DNA from: the human T2T-CHM13v2.0 reference genome, Homo sapiens
Assembly: GCF_009914755.1 (NCBI RefSeq)
Contig: NC_060948.1
Length of the DNA: 64,000 nt
Strand: one strand, 5' to 3'
Below, piece by piece: positions 56,334-64,000 of this stretch (within the stretch, counting starts at the first letter, position 1; each line of letters begins with the position of its first letter). Under the pieces are notes generated by a model. It did no database searches. It had not been told where the DNA came from and saw only the letters and a program-made list of their open reading frames with translations. Both the position numbers and the translations under genes were made by a program.

Positions 56334-59067
56334 ATGGAATCGAATGGAAAGGACTCGAATGGAAATCACTCGAATAGAATGCAATTTAATAAAATAGGAT
56401 CAAATGGAATGGAATGGAATGGAAAGGAATCGAAACGAAAGGAATGGAGACAGATGGAATGGAATGGAACAGAGAGCAATGGTATAGAATGGAATGGAAT
56501 CATCTGGAATGGAATTGAATGGAATGGAATAATATGAAATGGAATGGAATGGAATGGAATGGAATGGAATGGAATGCCCTTGAATTAAATGGACTGGAAT
56601 GGAATGGACTCGAACAGAGTGGAATGGAAAGTGTTGAGATAGAATGGAATGGACTCGTTTGGAATGGTGTAGTATGCAATGCAATCGACTGGCAGGGAAT
56701 CAAAAGGAATGTAATCGAATGGATTGGACTGGAATGCAATGGACTCGAATAGATTGGAAACGGAATGCAAAGGAATGGAATGGAATAGTATGGAATGGAA
56801 TGGAAAGGAATGGAGTGGAATAGACTAGAGTGGAATGGAATGGACTGGAAAGCAATGGACTGGAATGGAACTTTCTTGAATGGACTGGAATCAAACGGAA
56901 TGGAATGCAATGCAATCAAATGGCATGGAATAAAATAGAATGAAACAGAATCAAATGGAATTGAATCGAATGGAATCGAATGGATTGGAAAGGAATAGAA
57001 TGGAATGGAATGGAATTGACTCAAATGGAATGGACTAGAATGGAATGGATTCGAATGGAAGGCAAAGGAATGGAATCTATTGGAATGGACTGTAATGGAA
57101 TGGAATGGAAGGGATTGGAATGGACTCGAATGGAATGGACTGCAATAGAAAGGATTCGAATGGAATGAAAAAGAATTGAATGGAATAGAACAGAATGGAA
57201 TCAAATCGAATGAAATGGAATGGAATAGAAAGGAATGGAATGAAATGGAATGGAAAGGATTCGAATGGAATGCAATCGAATGGAATGGAATCGAACGGAA
57301 TGGAATAAAATGGAAGAAAACTGGCAAGAAATGGAATCGAAATGAATGGAGTGTTATGGAACGGACTCAAAAGGAATTGAATGTAATAGAATGGAGTGGA
57401 GTGGACTCGAATATAATGGACTGGAATGGAATGAAATCACATGGAATGGGAACGAATGGAATGGAATGGAAAGGAATGGAATCGAATGGAAAGGAATCGA
57501 ATGGAAGGGAATGAAATTGAATCAACAGGAATGGAAGGGAATAGAATAGACGGTAATGGAATGGACTCGAATAGAATGGACACGAATGCTCAAATTGAAT
57601 GGACTCGAATGGAATGGAAACGAAAGGAATGTCATCGAATGGAATTGAATCGATTGGAATGAAATCGCATAGAATGGAGTGGAATCAAATGGAATTGAAT
57701 CGAAAGGAAAGGAAGCGAATGGACTGAAATGAAATGGAATGGAATTGAATGGAAAGTAATGCAGTGGAATAGAATGGAACGAAATTTCACGGAATGGAAT
57801 CAAACTGAATGGAATCAAATCAATGGAATCTAATCAAATGGAATGGAAAGGAATTGAATGGAGTAGATTGGATTGGATGGGATTGGAATGAAATGTACTG
57901 GAAAGGACTCGAATTTCATGAAACGGAATGGAATGAATTGGAACGGAATGGACTCGAATGGAATGGAATGTCATGGAATGGCATCAAATGGAATGGCATC
58001 AAATGGAATGGAATCGAATGCAATGGAATGTTATGGAATGGAATGGAATGCATTGGAATGGAATGTCCTCTAATGGAATGGATTCGAGTGGAATGGAATC
58101 GAATGGAATGGAAGTGAATAGAATCGAACTAAATCGAATGGAATGGAATTGATAGGAACGGAATGGAAAGGAATGCGATGATTTGGCATGGAATGGAATC
58201 GAATGGCATCGAATTGAGTGGAATGGAATGCAATGGAATGGAATGTATTAGAATGTAATGAACTTTAATGGAATGTACTCGAATGGATTCGACTGGAATG
58301 GAATGTTCTGGAAGTGAATGGACTCCAATGGAATGGATTCAAAAGGAATGGAATCGTACGGAATGGAATCTAATGGAATGGAATTAAATGGAAGTGAATC
58401 AAATAGAATAGCACGGAATTGAATTGAATGGAATGGAATGCAATGGACTCTAATGAAACGGAAAGGAAAGGAATGGAATGGAATGGAAAGGAATCGAAAC
58501 GAATGGAATGGAATCGAACTGAAGAGACTGGAATGGAATGCACTGGAATGGAAGGGAGTGTAATGGAAGGTTCTCGAAAAAAATGGAATCGAATGGAATG
58601 GAATTGAATGGAACGGAATAGAGTCGAATGGAATTGAATGGAATGGAATGGACTAGAGTGAAATGGAATCGAACCACAAGGAATGGACAGGAATAGAATG
58701 GTCTCGAATTGAATGGAATCGTATGGAATGGCATCAAACGGAATGGAATGGACAGCCACGGAATGGAATGCACTCGAATGCAATGGAGTCGAAACTAATG
58801 GACTGGAATAGAATGGACTCGACTGGTACGGACTCCAATGGAATGGAATGGAATGGAAGGGAATCGAACGGAATGGACTCGAAGGGAAAAGACTGCAATG
58901 GAAAGGTCTCGAATGGAATGGAAATTAATGGAATGCAATGGAATCGAATGAAATGGAGTCAAAAGGAATGGAATCGAATGGCAAGAAATCGAATGTAATG
59001 GAATCGCAAGGAATTGATGTGAACGGAACGGAATGGAATGGAATCCAAAGGAATGGAATAGAATGGA
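56334..59067 (+). repeat. DYZ1: DYZ1 unit 17, internally deleted (2734 bp; ~820 bp deletion with junction at 58089-58104)
   Basis: GATTCGAG-TGGAATGGAATCGAAT runs directly into GGAATGGAAGTGAATAG; these landmarks are 820 bp further apart in unit 18 (60813 vs 61633). Confidence 0.93.
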
Positions 59068-62000
59068 ATGGAATCGAATGGAAAGGACTCGAATGGAAAT
59101 CACTCGAATAGAATGCAATTTAATAAAATAGGATCAAATGTAATGGAATGGAATGGAAAGGAATCGAAACGAAAGGAATGGAGACAGATGGAATGGAATG
59201 GAACAGAGAGCAATGGTATAGAATGGAATGGAATCATCTGGAATGGAATTGAATGGAATGGAATAATATGAAATGGAATGGAATGGAATGGAATGGAATG
59301 CCCTTGAATTAAATGGACTGGAATGGAATGCACTCGAACAGAGTGGAAAGGAAAGTGTTGAGATAGAATGGAATGGACTCCTTTGGAATGGTGTAGTATG
59401 CAATGCAATCGACTGGCAGGGAATCAAAAGGAATGTAATCGAATGGATTGGACTGGAATGCAATGGACTCGAATAGATTGGAAACGGAATGCAAAGGAAT
59501 GGAATGGAATAGTATGGAATGGAATGGAAAGGAATGGAGTGGAATAGACTAGAGTGGAATGGAATGGACTGGAAAGCAATGGACTGGAATGGAACTTTCT
59601 TGAATGGACTGGAATCAAACGGAATGGAATGCAATGCAATCAAATGGCATGGAATAAAATAGAATGAAAGAGAATCAAATGGAATTGAATCGAATGGAAT
59701 CGAATGGATTGGAAAGGAATAGAATGGAATGGAATGGAATTGACTCAAATGGAATGGACTAGAATGGAATTGATTCGAATGGAAGGCAAAGGAATGGAAT
59801 CTATTGGAATGGACTGTAATGGAATGGAATGGAAGGGATTGGAATGGACTCGAATGGAATGGACTGCAATAGAAAGGATTCGAATGGAATGAAAAAGAAT
59901 TGAATGGAATAGAACAGAATGGAATCAAATCGAATGAAATGGAATGGAATAGAAAGGAATGGAATGAAATGGAATGGAAAGGATTCGAATGGAATGCAAT
60001 CGAATGGAATGGAATCGAACGGAATGGAATAAAATGGAAGAAAACTGGCAAGAAATGGAATCGAAATGAATGGAGTGTTATGGAACGGACTCAAAAGGAA
60101 TTGAATGTAATAGAATGGAGTGGAGTGGACTCGAATATAATGGACTGGAATGGAATGAAATCACATGGAATGGGAACGAATGGAATGGAATGGAAAGGAA
60201 TGGAATCGAATGGAAAGGAATCGAATGGAAGGGAATGAAATTGAATCAACAGGAATGGAAGGGAATAGAATAGACGGTAATGGAATGGACTCGAATAGAA
60301 TGGACACGAATGCTCAAATTGAATGGACTCGAATGGAATGGAAACGAAAGGAATGTCATCGAATGGAATTGAATCGATTGGAATGAAATCGCATAGAATG
60401 GAGTGGAATCAAATGGAATTGAATCGAAAGGAAAGGAAGCGAATGGACTGAAATGAAATGGAATGGAATTGAATGGAAAGTAATGCAATGGAATAGAATG
60501 GAACGAAATTTCACGGAATGGAATCAAACTGAATGGAATCAAATCAATGGAATCTAATCAAATGGAATGGAAAGGAATTGAATGGAGTAGATTGGATTGG
60601 ATGGGATTGGAATGAAATGTACTGGAAAGGACTCGAATTTCATGAAACGGAATGGAATGAATTGGAACGGAATGGACTCGAATGGAATGGAATGTCATGG
60701 AATGGCATCAAATGGAATGGCATCAAATGGAATGGAATCGAATGCAATGGAATGTTATGGAATGGAATGGAATGCATTGGAATGGAATGTCCTCTAATGG
60801 AATGGATTCGAGTGGAATGGAATCGAATATAATGGAGTCGAATGAAATGGAATTGAAAGGAATGGGATCGAATACAATGGAATATACTGGAATGTAATGT
60901 AATAAACTCGAATGTAATTGACTGGAATGGAATGTACATGAATGGAATGTAATCGAATGGAAAGTAATCCAATGGAATAGAATCTAATGCAATAAAACCG
61001 ACTCAGATAGAGTAGAATGTAATGGAATGGAGTGCAGTGCAATGGAATGGAATGGAATGGAATGCAATGGAATGGAATGGAATGGAATGGAATGGAATGG
61101 AATGGGATGGAATGGGATGGAATGGATAGTAATGGACTGGAGTGAAATGGACTGGAAAGGAATGGACTCAAATTGAAAGGGCTCGAAAGGAATGGAGTCA
61201 AATGGAATGGTCTGGAATGGAATGAACACGAATGTAATGCAATCCAATAGAATGGAATCGAATGGCATGGAATATAAAGAAATGGAATCGAAGAGAATGG
61301 AAACAAATGGAATGGAATTGAATGGAATGGAATTGAATGGAATGGGAACGAATGGAGTGAAATTGTATGCAGTAGAAGGGAATAGAATGGAATGCAAGCG
61401 AAAGGAAAGGAATGGATTGGAATGGAATGGAATTCATTGGAATGGAAGGGAATGTAGTGTAATGGACAGGCCTGGAATAAAGTGGAATGCTACGGTCTCG
61501 AATGGAATAAAAATGTATGGAATGGAATGCAATGAAACGGACTCGAATGTCATAGAATGTAATGGAATGCAAAAAAATGGAATCCAAAATCATTGACTGC
61601 AAAGGCTGGGTGTCGAAAGGAATTGACTCCAATGGAATGGAATCGAATGGAATGGAAGTGAATAGAATCGAACTAAATCGAATGGAATGGAATTGATAGG
61701 AACGGAATGGAAAGGAATGCAATGATTTGGCATGGAATGGAATCGAATGGCATCGAATGGAATGGAATGGAATGCAATGGAATGGAATGTATTAGAATGT
61801 AATGAACATTAATGGAATGTACTCGAATGGATTCGACTGGAATGGAATGTTCTGGAAGTGAATGGACTCCAATGGAATGGATTCAAAAGGAATGGAATCG
61901 TACGGAATGGAATCTAATGGAATGGAATTAAATGGAAGTGAATCAAATTGAATAGCACGGAATTGAATGGAATGGAATGGAATGCAATGGAATCTAATGA

Positions 62001-64000
62001 AACGGAAAGGAAAGGAATGGAATGGAATGGAATGGGCTGGAATGGAAAGGAATCGAAACGAATGGAATGGAATCGAACTGAAGAGACTGGAATGGAATGC
62101 ACTGGAATGGAAGGGAGTGTAATGGAAGGTTCTCGAAATAAATGGAATCGAATGGAATGGAATTGAATGGAACGGAATAGAGTCGAATGGAATTGAATGG
62201 AATGGAATGGACTAGAGTGAAATGGAATCGAACCACAAGGAATGGACAGGAATAGAATGGTCTCGAATTGAATGGAATCGTATGGAATGGCATCAAACGG
62301 AATGGAATGGACAGCCACGGAATGGAATGCACTCGAATGCAATGGAGTCGAAACTAATGGACTGGAATAGAATGGACTCGACTGGTACGGACTCCAATGG
62401 AATGGAATCGAATGGAAGGGAATCGAACGGAATGGACTCGAAGGGAAAAGACTGCAATGGAAAGGTCTCGAATGGAATGGAAATTAATGGAATGGAATGG
62501 AATCGAATGAAATGGAGTCAAAAGGAATGGAATCGAATGGCAAGAAATCGAATGTAATGGAATCGCAAGGAATTGATGTGAACGGAACGGAATGGAATGG
62601 AATCCAAAGGAATGGAATAGAATGGAATGGAATCGAATGGAAAGGACTCGAATGGAAATCACTCGAATAGAATGCAATTTAATAAAATAGGATCAAATGG
62701 AATGGAATGGAATGGAAAGGAATCGAAACGAAAGGAATGGAGACAGATGGAATGGAATGGAACAGAGAGCAATGGTATAGAATGGAATGGAATCATCTGG
62801 AATGGAATTGAATGGAATGGAATAATATGAAATGGAATGGAATGGAATGGAATGGAATGCCCTTGAATTAAATGGACTGGAATGGAATGGACTCGAACAG
62901 AGTGGAATGGAAAGTGTTGAGATAGAATGGAATGGACTCGTTTGGAATGGTGTAGTATGCAATGCAATCGACTGGCAGGGAATCAAAAGGAATGTAATCG
63001 AATGGATTGGACTGGAATGCAATGGACTCGAATAGATTGGAAACGGAATGCAAAGGAATGGAATGGAATAGTATGGAATGGAATGGAAAGGAATGGAGTG
63101 GAATAGACTAGAGTGGAATGGAATGGACTGGAAAGCAATGGACTGGAATGGAACTTTCTTGAATGGACTGGAATCAAACGGAATGGAATGCAATGCAATC
63201 AAATGGCATGGAATAAAATAGAATGAAAGAGAATCAAATGGAATTGAATCGAATGGAATGGAATGGATTGGAAAGGAATAGAATGGAATGGAATGGAATT
63301 GACTCAAATGGAATGGACTAGAATGGAATGGATTCGAATGGAAGGCAAAGGAATGGAATCTATTGGAATGGACTGTAATGGAATGGAATGGAAGGGATTG
63401 GAATGGACTCGAATGGAATGGACTGCAATAGAAAGGATTCGAATGGAATGAAAAAGAATTGAATGGAATAGAACAGAATGGAATCAAATCGAATGAAATG
63501 GAATGGAATAGAAAGGAATGGAATGAAATGGAATGGAAAGGATTCGAATGGAATGCAATCGAATGGAATGGAATCGAACGGAATGGAATAAAATGGAAGA
63601 AAACTGGCAAGAAATGGAATCGAAATGAATGGAGTGTTATGGAACGGACTCAAAAGGAATTGAATGTAATAGAATGGAGTGGAGTGGACTCGAATATAAT
63701 GGACTGGAATGGAATGAAATCACATGGAATGGGAACGAATGGAATGGAATGGAAAGGAATGGAATCGAATGGAAAGGAATCGAATGGAAGGGAATGAAAT
63801 TGAATCAACAGGAATGGAAGGGAATAGAATAGACGGTAATGGAATGGACTCGAATAGAATGGACACGAATGCTCAAATTGAATGGACTCGAATGGAATGG
63901 AAACGAAAGGAATGTCATCGAATGGAATTGAATCGATTGGAATGAAATCGCATAGAATGGAGTGGAATCAAATGGAATTGAATCGAAAGGAAAGGAAGCG
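59068..64000 (+). repeat. DYZ1: DYZ1 unit 18 (3559 bp) and partial unit 19
   Basis: Markers at 59068 and 62627; the array runs off the window end. Confidence 0.95.

Larger units (their letters stand above)
1..64000 (+). repeat. DYZ1: Human satellite III DYZ1 (HSat3, Yq12) tandem array; degenerate (GGAAT)n on + strand; ~3.55 kb higher-order unit, head-to-tail
   Basis: GGAAT-derived pentamers throughout. The marker ATGGAATCGAATGGAAAGGACTCGAATGGAAATCACTCG recurs at 178, 3732, 7256, 10805, 14374, 17913, 21462, 25005, 28564, 31428, 34977, 38539, 42098, 45667, 49231, 52775, 56334, 59068 and 62627. Standard units have one EcoRI and one HaeIII site. The minus strand from the HaeIII cut in most units reads CCTGTCCATTACACTACATTCCCTTCCATTCCAATGAATTCC, which I recall as the start of the published ~3.56 kb DYZ1 unit. 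Confidence 0.97.

Noticed and set aside
35-63945. Hundreds of 61-366 aa ORFs on both strands (MEWNG... and FHSIP... peptides), including 49297-50397
   Set aside because: (GGAAT)3 is 15 bp with no stop codon in any frame and translates to MEWNG or FHSIP. The ORFs overlap in all frames, recur with the unit and have no recognisable domains, so they are artefacts.
1-64000. CRISPR-like or other repeat-spacer system
   Set aside because: There are no unique spacers, no constant 23-50 bp direct repeat and no cas-like genes; all sequence is pentamer-derived.
1-64000. Embedded mobile element, Alu-containing DYZ2 block or inversion
   Set aside because: No non-satellite stretch, poly(A) tail, Alu sequence or switch to CATTC on the + strand was seen while reading through.
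1-64000. HSat2 or an autosomal HSat3 (e.g. chr9, chr15) identity
   Set aside because: The ~3.55 kb period, single HaeIII/EcoRI sites and DYZ1 diagnostic sequence fit Y-linked DYZ1; HSat2-type CATTCGATTC/ATGATG periodicity is not dominant.
1-64000. Telomeric or G-quadruplex-forming repeat
   Set aside because: There is no TTAGGG array, and the G-runs are almost all GG; clustered GGG tracts needed for canonical three-tier G4 are lacking.

Overview
The whole 64 kb window is one uninterrupted, single-orientation array of a degenerate (GGAAT)n pentamer satellite with a ~3.55 kb higher-order unit. It matches human satellite III DYZ1 (HSat3 family) of Yq12 heterochromatin, with the GGAAT strand on +. 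There are 18 complete units plus partial ones at both ends. Sixteen are 3524-3569 bp and two carry homology-flanked internal deletions (2864 and 2734 bp). No genes, RNA genes, transposons, DYZ2/Alu blocks or inversions are visible, and all listed ORFs are pentamer-translation artefacts (MEWNG / FHSIP). I find no new protein-coding system. The notable structure is non-coding: three conserved, in-phase perfect heat-shock elements per unit (plus AP-1 and GAS-like motifs) that both large deletions spare, strong conservation of pentamer phase, and a patchwork of shared variants recording local duplications and conversion-like exchange between units 1-5 units apart. All comparisons were made by eye, not by computed alignment.
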